From Smithellaceae bacterium (GTDB lineage Bacteria > Desulfobacterota > Syntrophia > Syntrophales > Smithellaceae), in NCBI GenBank assembly GCA_030690945.1, contig JAUYFM010000022.1:1014-65013 (forward strand): DNA of 64,000 bases. Direction: 5' to 3'. Under the pieces are notes generated by a model that saw only the letters and a program-made list of their open reading frames with translations, did not search any database and was not told the DNA's origin. The position numbers and the translations under genes are program-made. Below are positions 51,752 to 61,245 of the stretch, piece after piece. Positions within the stretch are counted from its first letter, which is position 1; each line of letters starts with the position of its first letter.

Positions 51752-52330
51752 TCAACGCGCTTCCGTAATCACGCGAAGAATATCCGGTGCGTGCCGTTCG
51801 GACGGCGCGGAAATGGCTTTGGGATAGCCCAGAATAATCGGTGCGACAATCCGGCAGCTGTCGGGAATACCCAACTCGGCTCTTAATTTAGGATCGCGGA
51901 TATTTGCGCCCAAGGCAACCCAGCAGGTGCCCAAGCCCCGGGCTGCCGCAGAAAACATGATGTAGCTTGCGGCAAGCGCACCGTCCACATCCAGCGAACC
52001 CACCGACTTTGCCCCGACGATATAAATGACGCAGGACGCATTGTAAAACACATTAAAATTCTCGTTTTGAAGAAACGTAACGTAGTCGGGATTGAGTTTG
52101 ATCTTTTTGTCGGCATTATCCTGCAGGAGATTGGCCTTGCTGTCGTCAGACAGGGCCTTGATTGTTTTGCGGCATTGAACCACGACAAAACGGCAGGGTT
52201 GATTGTTGCTGGCGGACGGCGCGAGCGTCGCTTCCTGAAGGATTTCCTCAACAATCTTGAGGGGGACCTCTTTTTCTTCGAAATCCCGGATTGCCCGTCT
52301 TTTCTGTAATAACTCGGAAAAAGTCATCAT
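51752..52330 (-). CDS. Nitroreductase family protein
   Basis: RRAIRDF, APSASNNQP and the typical ~190 aa length. Confidence 0.85.
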   Translation of the reverse strand: MMTFSELLQKRRAIRDFEEKEVPLKIVEEILQEATLAPSASNNQPCRFVVVQCRKTIKALSDDSKANLLQDNADKKIKLNPDYVTFLQNENFNVFYNASCVIYIVGAKSVGSLDVDGALAASYIMFSAAARGLGTCWVALGANIRDPKLRAELGIPDSCRIVAPIILGYPKAISAPSERHAPDILRVITEAR

Positions 52331-52352
52331 GGTATTTCCTCCTTTCTTTCGC

Positions 52353-52985
52353 TTATGCAGGTAAAAATAAGGATATAAAAGTTATAATGCCGTATTGGAA
52401 TATGTCAATCACCGGGTTGAGCGCTCCCAGAAACAGCAGGCCCAGTACAATAAAAAACCCGAAAGGTTCGATTTGATACAGCACGCGGTTGAATGATTCC
52501 GGCGTGAAACCCATCAGAATTTTCGAGCCGTCCAGCGGCGGAATAGGGATTAAATTGAATGCCGCCAGCATGATGTTGATATGCGACAGTAAATAAAGCA
52601 CCTGATAAAGCATACTGCCCGGTTCGGGAGAAATCAGCCGCCATAAAAGCAGTGCGCAAAAGGCAATGATGATGTTGGCCGCAACGCCGGCGGCGGAAAC
52701 CAGGATCAATCCCTTGCGTCTTTGCGGCGCGGGAATATTTTCCAGGTTGATCGGGACCGGTTTGGCCCAGCCGAAACCGACAATCAAAAGCATCAGCGAG
52801 CCGATGGGATCAAGGTGCTTGATCGGATTGAGCGTCAGCCTGCCCAGCCATTTAGCCGTCGCATCGCCCATCCGGTAGGCTACCCAGCCATGCGCCAGCT
52901 CGTGTAAAATCACAGAATACAAAAGCAACACGGCCAGCATGACAAAGGCCGCCGGATCGCTCATCAACAAACGGATTAAACCCAT
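52353..52985 (-). CDS. Site-2 protease family (peptidase M50) membrane protein
   Basis: HELAHG zinc motif within a polytopic protein, plus LIPIPPLDG. Confidence 0.85.
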   Translation of the reverse strand: MGLIRLLMSDPAAFVMLAVLLLYSVILHELAHGWVAYRMGDATAKWLGRLTLNPIKHLDPIGSLMLLIVGFGWAKPVPINLENIPAPQRRKGLILVSAAGVAANIIIAFCALLLWRLISPEPGSMLYQVLYLLSHINIMLAAFNLIPIPPLDGSKILMGFTPESFNRVLYQIEPFGFFIVLGLLFLGALNPVIDIFQYGIITFISLFLPA

Positions 52986-53008
52986 AATTTTTTTACACCA
53001 TCACTTCT

Positions 53009-54181
53009 TTATTTCTTCTTTTTAGCCTTGTTCAGCAGATCACCGAACGTGCCCATTGTTTTAGGCGCTTTGGGCATATAGCTCTGATAGTCGTCTTTTT
53101 CTTCCGACGAGCCTTTTTTCTCCTCGCTGCTTGTAGCCAGATCCAGTGATATTCTCTTATTCTCGCGGTCGATCTTTTCGATCTTCACGTCGATTTCGCG
53201 ATCCTTGGACAGGACGTCCTGGGCGTGCTTGATCTTTTTCCCTTTGCCCAGTTTGGAGATATGCAAAAGCCCATCCACACCCGCTTCCAGCGTGATAAAC
53301 GCGCCGAAATCCGTCAGCCGCGATACCTTGCCCTTGTGGATGCTGCCTTCGATGTATTTGCCGACAACTTCATTCCACGGATCGGGGAGCGTATCCTTGA
53401 AGGATAAAGTCACGCGGTCGTTTTCCCAATCCAGGTTGATGATGATGGCTTCAATGGTGTCGCCCGGCTTATAGAGAGATCGGGTGTCTTCCACTCTGCC
53501 CCAGGTCATTTCCGAAACGGGCAGAAGCGCCTGCACGCCGCCGATATCGACAAACGCGCCGAAGTCGCGCACGGAGGTTACGATGCCTTGCACCGTCATG
53601 CCTTTTTGCAGGGAGTCTTTCAGGGCGGATTTTTTCTCCTCTTCGATTTTTTCAAGCAACGGGCGGCGCGACAGGACGATCTTGCGGCCGTTTTCTCCAT
53701 ATTCTATGACAATGAAATCGAATTTTTTGCCGACGTAATCTACGGCATTATCGATTCTTTTTCTGTCCATTTGCGAGTAGGGACAAAAGCCGCTCGCGCT
53801 GGCGCTGATTTTTACGGAGAAACCGCCTTTAATTTCTTTTTCGACGGTGGCTTCGAGAGGAATTTCATTTTGATAGGCGTTGACTAGAAATTCATCCACG
53901 CTTTTGCGTGCCAGCAGTTTGGTGGTAAAGAGTCTTTCGCTGTGACGCGACGAAAGGAAGTAGACGGTGACGGTGTCGCCTTCTTTAACGGTCAGATTGC
54001 CCGTGTCATCGAGGAATTCTTTTTTGTCAATATAGCCTTCGCTTTTAGCGCCCAGATCAATAAAAATCCATTCCGGAGAAATTTTTACAATCGTCGCTTC
54101 TACTTTTTCTCCCACGGAAAAACGCTTGGGGGTGGAGTAGGATTCCTCGAACATTTCGGCAAAAGTCTTTGTGTCGTCCAT
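53009..54181 (-). CDS. S1 RNA-binding domain protein (ribosomal protein S1-like, 4 S1 repeats)
   Basis: Repeated G-x-V-x-G-x-V...GAFVD/GAFITL S1 motifs and a lysine-rich tail. Confidence 0.8.
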   Translation of the reverse strand: MDDTKTFAEMFEESYSTPKRFSVGEKVEATIVKISPEWIFIDLGAKSEGYIDKKEFLDDTGNLTVKEGDTVTVYFLSSRHSERLFTTKLLARKSVDEFLVNAYQNEIPLEATVEKEIKGGFSVKISASASGFCPYSQMDRKRIDNAVDYVGKKFDFIVIEYGENGRKIVLSRRPLLEKIEEEKKSALKDSLQKGMTVQGIVTSVRDFGAFVDIGGVQALLPVSEMTWGRVEDTRSLYKPGDTIEAIIINLDWENDRVTLSFKDTLPDPWNEVVGKYIEGSIHKGKVSRLTDFGAFITLEAGVDGLLHISKLGKGKKIKHAQDVLSKDREIDVKIEKIDRENKRISLDLATSSEEKKGSSEEKDDYQSYMPKAPKTMGTFGDLLNKAKKKK

Positions 54182-54355
54182 AATCTATGTCCTTTTGTTT
54201 TTTATTATCGGCTTCAAATATCACGAAAAGGTTTTTTTGTCCCTCATAAAATTATTGCCATGCTCGCAAATAGCGTGAAACTCAAAAAACTCTGGATAAA
54301 TTTAAAAATATGTATTATGGATCACTATAAAAATATCTAAGGAGTTTGACAACTT

Positions 54356-55657
54356 ATGCGTTTTGAAATTTCCCGCGGCGGCAGCGGGCTGACTTATGAA
54401 ATCCGTAACATCGTGCTTATCGCCAAAAAGCTTCAGGAATACGGCGTGAAAATTATCTGGGAAAATATCGGCGATCCGGTACAAAAAGGTGAAAAAATTC
54501 CCGATTGGATGAAAGAGGTTCTCATCGATATTATTAAGGAAGACGCCTCTTACGCGTATTCACCCACCAAGGGGATGGATGCCACGCGTACGTTCATTGC
54601 TGATCGCGTTAATTCACGCGGCAAAGTTCAGATTACGCCTGAGGATGTCATTTTTTTCAACGGTTTGGGTGACGCGATTGCCCGCGCCTATAGTTCCATT
54701 CAGGTGGATGCCCGCATGATCATGCCGGAGCCGACGTATTCCACGCATTTTATGGCGGAAGTGCTCCATGCTTCTTTTCCGTCCAATACGTACCGGATGA
54801 ATCCTTATAACAACTGGCATCCCGATCTCCGTGAACTGGAGCAGAAAGTCAAAAGCCATAAGGCGATTGTCGGCATCCTGATTATTAATCCCGATAATCC
54901 CACCGGATTTGTGTATCCGGTCGAGGCGCTCCAGAATATTGTCAGGATCGCCAGAGAAAACGATCTTTTTGTGATTTCCGATGAGACCTATATCAATATA
55001 GTCTATAACGGCAAAACGACTGTGCCGATTGGCGATATTATCGGCGATGTTCCCGCAATCGCCATGAAGAGCATATCCAAAGAAGCTCCCTGGCCCGGCG
55101 CGCGCTGCGGCTGGATGGAAGTGTATAACGCGGACAAAGACCCGATTTTTGCCCGCTTCATCAATACAATTCTGCATCAGAAGATGTCGGAAGTGTGCTC
55201 CACCACGCTTCCGCAAATGGCAATTCCCCGGATCATGACGCATCCGGAATATAAAAATTATTTGCGGGAGCGCACGCAGCATTACGAAAAGCTCTCCAAC
55301 ATTGCCTACGGCATTTTGAAAGATGTTCCTTTTCTGATTGTCAACAAAACCAACGGCGCCTTTTATATGACGGTCCTGTTCAACGAATCGGTGCTCAATG
55401 AACGGCAATTCCTGCCGATTGAGCAGCCGGAAATACGAAGTTATATAGAGAGTCTCACCAAAGACATTGAGTACGACAAACGGTTCGTTTACTACCTGCT
55501 GGCGTCCACAGGTATCTGCGTAGTGCCGCTGACGTCATTTTTCTCGCCGCTGCTGGGTTTCCGTATGACGCTCCTGGATAAGGATGTTGATGAATTTGAA
55601 TTTGTCGTAAAAACCATCGCTGCAAAAATTACAGACTATATTCATTCGAGCAAATAG
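54356..55657 (+). CDS. PLP-dependent aminotransferase, class I/II (AlaA/AlaC-like)
   Basis: NPDNPTG and SISKEAPWPGARCGW (SxSK PLP lysine). Confidence 0.85.
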   Translation: MRFEISRGGSGLTYEIRNIVLIAKKLQEYGVKIIWENIGDPVQKGEKIPDWMKEVLIDIIKEDASYAYSPTKGMDATRTFIADRVNSRGKVQITPEDVIFFNGLGDAIARAYSSIQVDARMIMPEPTYSTHFMAEVLHASFPSNTYRMNPYNNWHPDLRELEQKVKSHKAIVGILIINPDNPTGFVYPVEALQNIVRIARENDLFVISDETYINIVYNGKTTVPIGDIIGDVPAIAMKSISKEAPWPGARCGWMEVYNADKDPIFARFINTILHQKMSEVCSTTLPQMAIPRIMTHPEYKNYLRERTQHYEKLSNIAYGILKDVPFLIVNKTNGAFYMTVLFNESVLNERQFLPIEQPEIRSYIESLTKDIEYDKRFVYYLLASTGICVVPLTSFFSPLLGFRMTLLDKDVDEFEFVVKTIAAKITDYIHSSK

Positions 55658-55703
55658 ATTCAGTTTTTGATGGAAGAAGAACAACCTGATTTTTAAAACA
55701 AAA

Positions 55704-55746
55704 AGAGCAGAAGGTTTGTTTTGAATAACCTTCTGCTCTTTATTTT
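55704..55746. terminator. Bidirectional terminator between convergent genes
   Basis: AGAGCAGAAGGTT-tgttttgaat-AACCTTCTGCTCT forms a 13-bp stem, flanked by an A-run on the left and a T-run on the right. Confidence 0.8.
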
Positions 55747-55774
55747 TAGAAGTAACGCAATTTTTCAGTTACTT

Positions 55775-56149
55775 CTAGTATCTGCCGCCACCGCCGCCAC
55801 GATTTCCGCCACCACCGCTGCGATTTCCACCAGCGCCGCCGCCACGATATCCACCGCCACCGCCGCCACGGTTTCCACCGCCGCCGCCTGCGCCAAATTC
55901 CTTCTTCGGTCTGGCTTCGTTAACTGTAATGGCCTTACCGTCCAGCATGCCGCCATTAAACTTCTGAATGGCCTGAGTTGCGCCTTCTTCCGTTTTCATT
56001 TCGACAAAACCAAATCCCTTGGACTGACCGGTAAATTTGTCTTTAATAATGGACGCGGAAGCGACTTCGCCAGCTTCCGCAAAGTTTGTCTTCAGGTCTT
56101 CATCCGTGACCTTGAAAGACAGGTTGCCGACATACAAATTCTTGTTCAT
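55775..56149 (-). CDS. RRM-type RNA-binding protein with glycine/arginine-rich tail
   Basis: NLYVGNLSF (RNP2), KGFGFVEM (RNP1), and a C-terminal GGGNRGGGGGGYRGGG repeat. The start is at ATG 56149. Confidence 0.88.
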   Translation of the reverse strand: MNKNLYVGNLSFKVTDEDLKTNFAEAGEVASASIIKDKFTGQSKGFGFVEMKTEEGATQAIQKFNGGMLDGKAITVNEARPKKEFGAGGGGGNRGGGGGGYRGGGAGGNRSGGGGNRGGGGGRY

Positions 56150-56505
56150 TTTAGTTCCCTTTCTCTTTATGCCAATGGTTGGCATATGTTAAACCTTCGT
56201 TCCCCCGTGGGGTTCCACAAAGCATCGTCATCACCCCCATCCAGCTCCTGATTGAGAAGGAAGGTTGAAGGGAGGGCCTGTATGCCTCACCTGCCAGGCA
56301 ATTGTTCTTGCCTGGTTTATCGATATCGCCTGCGACTTTTCATGGGTCGTGTTGTCTTTACCGGGCGATAAACAAAAAACCACCAGGACAAAAAGCGGTT
56401 CCGGTGGTTGCGTCTCATTGATTAAAAGATGGTTCAGTATTCTAAAAAACAGCACGCTCTGAAACGGAACATGATCATAATACCGGACAATAGTCAAGCG
56501 GGTTT

Positions 56506-56640
56506 TTTACTGAGCCATTGATCGTCTGTGCGCCCGATCGGGTCGGATTGCTAAGCGACATCATTGGTTGCATGACGTCGGAAGGCTACAATATCCTGAG
56601 CGCAAAAATTCATTATCTAGTAGCCGGCATGGCTGCTCAT
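56506..56640 (+). pseudogene. ACT-domain remnant (GlnD-like) with no start codon
   Basis: The translation TEPLIVCAPDRVGLLSDIIGCMTSEGYNILSAKIHYL fits the ACT pattern xDRxGLLxxIxxxxxxxGxNIxxAKI. A stop lies immediately upstream in frame. Confidence 0.35.
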
Positions 56641-57274
56641 TTGAGTTCCGGAATAACTCAGGTCATGTCATTATAATATATTGATTTTATTATTAATATT
56701 ATAGTTAAAAGGCGCTGCATAGCCCCGTCTGTAATGTCCTGTCTGCCGCCCTAAATATTTCTTGACAGGATGTTGATATTAGAGTAGGTGAGTCCCCAAG
56801 GATAGATTGACTTGCGGTCAAATTTTGACCTCATGTTCAGAAATCAGTAAGATTCAATACTTTTAGCGCTTTGAAAAAAGTGACGCCCCGTCTAAAACAT
56901 GCGTATCAGGGGCAAATAGTTAATTCTTTAATGAAAAAGTGACGCAGGCGAGCTTTCTCGGGCGCTTCGCCGCTTAAGGTAAAAATAAAGTTTTAACGTG
57001 TTCACAGATGGCGGTGCACACCTCAACTCAATGAGTTAACTTACTCATTGCACACCTTAAGCATACTGGGCGCTCGTGCTTGCAGGCTTATTCCCAGTTA
57101 ATCTATGGCATTTAAAAGCGGTGCTCGATGCTGCGGAAAATAAAGAGTGGTGGTGTTTCAAAAATTTTATGTAGTGATGGGTGCCTTGAATTAAATGGAT
57201 AAGTTATTTTTTTGGCGAAACGTTGAACAGACGTTTAAAAATTCAAAAATTTAAAACTAGGAGGAATATTTAAC

Positions 57275-59248
57275 ATGGCGGATGCAGGGAAGGTTCAATT
57301 GAAGGAAATATATCCGGTTACGGAAAAAATGAAGAAGAATGCCTGGGTCAGCGGAAGAGCTGCCTATGATGCAATGTGGAAAAAATCTACTGAGCAGCCG
57401 GAAGCTTTTTGGGCGGAAATCGCCGAGCAGCAGGTGACATGGTTTAAGAAGTGGGACAAAGTTATGGATTATAACTTTGATATTAAAAAAGGTCCCATCT
57501 ATGTGAAATTCTTTGAAGGCGCTAAACTCAACATTTCTTACAACTGTCTCGACAGGCACCTCGAAAAACGCGGCAACCAGATTGCGATTCAGTGGGAAGG
57601 CAACGAGCCGGGCGAAGAAAAAGCATACACCTACAAAATGCTGCACGAAGAAGTTTGCAAGTTTGCCAATGTTTTGAAGGCTAATGGTGTCGTGAAGGGC
57701 GACCGTGTTGTTCTTTATATGCCGATGGTTCCGCAACTGGCGATTGCCACTCTGGCTTGCTCCCGTATCGGCGCCGTCCATGGCATCGTTTTCGGCGGAT
57801 TCAGCGCCGACGCTCTGCGTGACAGAATTGTCAACTGCGAAGCGAAAGTACTGGTGGTTTGCGATGGAACCTTCCGTGGCAACAAGGCTGTTCCACAGAA
57901 AGCTATTGCTGATGATGCATTAAAAGCATGTCCTTCTGTCAAGTCAGTAATTGTTGTCAACAGAGTCGGCGACAAAATCAAGTGCGATATGACTGCCGGC
58001 CGTGATAAATGGTACAATGACGAAATGGCCAAAGTGGATGCCAAGTGCGAACCGGAATGGATGGACGCCGAAGATCCCCTGTTCATCCTCTATACGTCAG
58101 GTTCAACCGGACAGCCCAAAGGCGTTATGCACACCACGGGCGGTTACCTGGTTTACACTTCTTACACCCACAAGGTCGTTTTCGATTATCATGACGGCGA
58201 CGTCTATTGGTGCACGGCCGACCTGGGCTGGGTCACCGGTCACAGCTACATTGTTTACGGACCGCTTTGCAACGGCGCGACATCCGTTATGTTTGAAGGC
58301 GTTCCCAATTACCCGACCTACAGCCGTTTCTGGCAGGTGGTCGAAAAATACAAAGTTAACATTTTCTACACCGCACCTACCGCTATCCGCGCGATTGCCA
58401 AAGAAGGCGACGAATGGGTTGGTAAAGCAGACATTTCATCGTTGCGCATTCTGGGAACCGTCGGCGAGCCGATTAACCCCGAAGCGTGGAATTGGTATTA
58501 CAATATGATCGGTAAGGGCAATTGCCCCATCGTGGATACCTGGTGGCAGACGGAAACAGGCGGAATTCTGATTACCCCGCTTCCCGGCGCTATTGATATC
58601 AAACCGGGCATGGCCACTATGCCGTTCTTCGGCGTACAGCCGGTGCTTGTGGATGATGAAGGAAAAGAATTCAAAGATACAGTGGCCAGCGGCGCACTGT
58701 GCATCAAAGTACCATGGCCCGGCATCATGAGGGGCGTCTATGGCGATCCCAAGAGATTTCAGGAAACCTACTTTGAACAGTTCCCCGGCTACTATGTAAC
58801 CGGTGACGGCTGCCGCCGCGACAAGGACGGCTATTATCAGATTACCGGTCGTATTGATGACGTTATCAATGTTTCCGGTCACCGCATGGGAACAGCCGAA
58901 GTGGAAAGCGCTCTGGTTGCTCATAACAGCGTTGCCGAAGCAGCAGTTGTCGGTATGCCGCATGACATCAAGGGACAGGGCATTTACGCCTTCGTGACCT
59001 TGAAGACCGGTGTTGCTAAATCCGACGAGCTGAAGAAAGAACTCATCGCTCACGTTCGTACGATAATCGGGCCGATTGCTACCCCCGATAAGATTCAGTG
59101 GGCGGATGGTCTTCCCAAAACACGCAGCGGCAAGATCATGAGAAGAATTTTGAAGAAGGTTGCCGCGAATCAGCTAAACGAGCTGGGAGATACCAGCACG
59201 CTGGCCGATCCGTCGGTGGTTGATGATATCGTCAAAAACAGACAGTAA
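57275..59248 (+). CDS. acs: Acetyl-CoA synthetase (AMP-forming)
   Basis: AGGAGG at 57259-57264; [26 protein letters not shown] and the C-terminal SGKIMRR. Confidence 0.96.
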   Translation: MADAGKVQLKEIYPVTEKMKKNAWVSGRAAYDAMWKKSTEQPEAFWAEIAEQQVTWFKKWDKVMDYNFDIKKGPIYVKFFEGAKLNISYNCLDRHLEKRGNQIAIQWEGNEPGEEKAYTYKMLHEEVCKFANVLKANGVVKGDRVVLYMPMVPQLAIATLACSRIGAVHGIVFGGFSADALRDRIVNCEAKVLVVCDGTFRGNKAVPQKAIADDALKACPSVKSVIVVNRVGDKIKCDMTAGRDKWYNDEMAKVDAKCEPEWMDAEDPLFILYTSGSTGQPKGVMHTTGGYLVYTSYTHKVVFDYHDGDVYWCTADLGWVTGHSYIVYGPLCNGATSVMFEGVPNYPTYSRFWQVVEKYKVNIFYTAPTAIRAIAKEGDEWVGKADISSLRILGTVGEPINPEAWNWYYNMIGKGNCPIVDTWWQTETGGILITPLPGAIDIKPGMATMPFFGVQPVLVDDEGKEFKDTVASGALCIKVPWPGIMRGVYGDPKRFQETYFEQFPGYYVTGDGCRRDKDGYYQITGRIDDVINVSGHRMGTAEVESALVAHNSVAEAAVVGMPHDIKGQGIYAFVTLKTGVAKSDELKKELIAHVRTIIGPIATPDKIQWADGLPKTRSGKIMRRILKKVAANQLNELGDTSTLADPSVVDDIVKNRQ

Positions 59249-59252
59249 TGCA

Positions 59253-59291
59253 AACGCCCGGTTCTCTCCCAGAGGGAATCGGGCGTTTTTA
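59253..59291 (+). terminator. Rho-independent terminator after acs
   Basis: AACGCCCG...CGGGCGTT followed by TTT. Confidence 0.65.
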
Positions 59292-59371
59292 TAGAATGAA
59301 AGGTATAAGAAAATTTTAAATGCACGGTTCGCCCCATCTGTGCGACGTGCAGGAGAAGGAGGTTTTTGACA

Positions 59372-60142
59372 GTGAATATTATTGCATGTGTGAAGCAAGT
59401 GCCGGACACTGAAGCACAGATCAAAGTGAAAGCTGACGGATCGGGCATCGAGGAAGGCCAAATCAAATGGGTTATGAATCCCTATGATGAATTTGGCGTA
59501 GAAGAAGCATTAAAACTGAAGGAAAAAAATGGTGGCGATGTCACAGTCGTTTGCGTCGGCCCCGCGAGAGCCATGGAAACGATTCGGACGGCTCTGGCCA
59601 TGGGTGCGGATAAGGGTGTGCATATCTGCGATCCCGCTTTTGACAATGCCGATGCGTTTGTTGTAGCCAACGCTCTGGCCGCGGTGATCAAAACCCTGCC
59701 CCACGACATTATTTTTTGCGGACAGCGTGCCATCGATGATGACTCAGGGCAGGTCGGCGCCATGCTGGCTGAAGCTCTGGGTTTGCCGCAGTTAACGCTG
59801 GTCACCAAGCTGGATTTTGCCGGCTCCTCCGTCAAAGTGATTCGCCCCATTGAAGGCGCGCAACTTCTGATTGAGACAGCATTGCCCTGTGTGGTGACAT
59901 GTCAGAAGGGTCTTAATGAACCGCGTTACGCGTCGCTGCCCGGCATCATGAAAGCGAAGAAGAAACCAGTTGATGTGAAAGACGCTGCCGCCGTTGGTAT
60001 TGCCACCGACGCGAAAGCGAAAGTAGCCAAGACTGTTCCACCTCCGGCCAGGCCTCCCGGGAAGATCATCTGCGGAGATGAGCCCGCGCAAAAGGCGGCG
60101 GAATTAGGCCGGTTACTCAGAGAAGAAGCAAAAGCTATTTAA
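59372..60142 (+). CDS. etfB: Electron transfer flavoprotein beta subunit
   Basis: GTG 59372 lies 9 nt after GGAGG. (M)NIIACVKQVPD is a typical EtfB N-terminus. Confidence 0.9.
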   Translation: MNIIACVKQVPDTEAQIKVKADGSGIEEGQIKWVMNPYDEFGVEEALKLKEKNGGDVTVVCVGPARAMETIRTALAMGADKGVHICDPAFDNADAFVVANALAAVIKTLPHDIIFCGQRAIDDDSGQVGAMLAEALGLPQLTLVTKLDFAGSSVKVIRPIEGAQLLIETALPCVVTCQKGLNEPRYASLPGIMKAKKKPVDVKDAAAVGIATDAKAKVAKTVPPPARPPGKIICGDEPAQKAAELGRLLREEAKAI

Positions 60143-60164
60143 TTAAGAAGCGGAGGAATTGAAA

Positions 60165-61142
60165 ATGGCAAAAGGAGTCATGATAGTAGCAGAACAGCGG
60201 GACGGCGCGCTCAGGAAAATCAGCCTGGAACTGGCCTCGACAGCCCGCAAGCTTGCCGACCAGACCGGCGATGAAGTCAGCGCCATTCTGCTTGGTTCAG
60301 GTATAGAAGGTTTGGCCGCGGAGCTCGGCAAATACGGTGTAGATAAAGTTTTCGTGGGCGACAATGCCGCCATGGAACCTTACATCACCGAAGCGCACGC
60401 CGCCGTGGTTGCCAAAGTGGTTAAAGAAAATGATCCGGCAATCCTGCTTTTGGGCGCGTCGGTTCAGGGTAAAGATCTGTCCGCCCGCGTGGCCGCGAAA
60501 TTAGCCACGGGCCTCGCCACAGATTGTACGGATGTAAAGCTTGACGGTGGCAAATTTGTTGCCATCCGTCCCATGTATGCAGGAAAGTGCTTTGGCGAAA
60601 TCGTCACCAGCGCAACACCTGCGATGGCATCTTTGCGTCCCAATGTGTTTCCGGCGGCTGAAAATGCCAAAGCCGGGACTGTTGTGAAAGTGGACGCGGC
60701 TGTGGATGCAGCGTCGATCAAGAGCAAAATTCTGGAAGTTCAGAAAGACACCAGTGGCAAAGTCGATTTGACGGAAGCCAACGTGATTGTCTCCGGTGGT
60801 CGCGGCATGAAAGGCCCCGAAGGATTTGGCATTCTCGAAGAACTGGCCGCAGTGCTTAAAGGTACGGTTGGTGCGTCCCGCGCGGCAGTTGATGCCGGCT
60901 GGAAACTGCAAAAAGATCAGGTTGGACAGACCGGTAAGGTTGTTTCTCCGAACCTTTACATCGCCTGCGGTATTTCCGGCGCGATTCAGCATTTGGCCGG
61001 TATGAGCTCATCCAAGTGCATCGTTGCGATTAACAAAGATGCGGAAGCTCCTATTTTTACCAAAGCGGATTACGGTGTGGTGGATGATCTGTTCAAGGTT
61101 GTTCCCGAGTTGACAGCTGTTTGTAAGAAGCTGGTTGCTTAA
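60165..61142 (+). CDS. etfA: Electron transfer flavoprotein alpha subunit
   Basis: ATG 60165 follows GGAGG. The C-terminal FAD block is [21 protein letters not shown]. Confidence 0.92.
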   Translation: MAKGVMIVAEQRDGALRKISLELASTARKLADQTGDEVSAILLGSGIEGLAAELGKYGVDKVFVGDNAAMEPYITEAHAAVVAKVVKENDPAILLLGASVQGKDLSARVAAKLATGLATDCTDVKLDGGKFVAIRPMYAGKCFGEIVTSATPAMASLRPNVFPAAENAKAGTVVKVDAAVDAASIKSKILEVQKDTSGKVDLTEANVIVSGGRGMKGPEGFGILEELAAVLKGTVGASRAAVDAGWKLQKDQVGQTGKVVSPNLYIACGISGAIQHLAGMSSSKCIVAINKDAEAPIFTKADYGVVDDLFKVVPELTAVCKKLVA

Positions 61143-61152
61143 TTAATTTATG

Positions 61153-61192
61153 AGGTCTTTGCCCCGCATCGTGGGGCAAAGACCTTTTTTTG
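61153..61192 (+). terminator. Strong hairpin terminator/attenuator between etfA and the Fe-S oxidoreductase gene
   Basis: AGGTCTTTGCCCC-gcatcgt-GGGGCAAAGACCT forms a 13-bp stem, followed by TTTTTTT. Confidence 0.7.
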
Positions 61193-61245
61193 GCGCTGGC
61201 TATGGTGTAGTCAAGAATCAGCCCTCAAGTTATGTTGGAGGATCA

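Noticed and set aside
55721-56251. 176-aa Ala/Thr-rich plus-strand ORF.
   Set aside because: It is antisense to the glycine-rich tail and RRM domain of the minus-strand RNA-binding protein.
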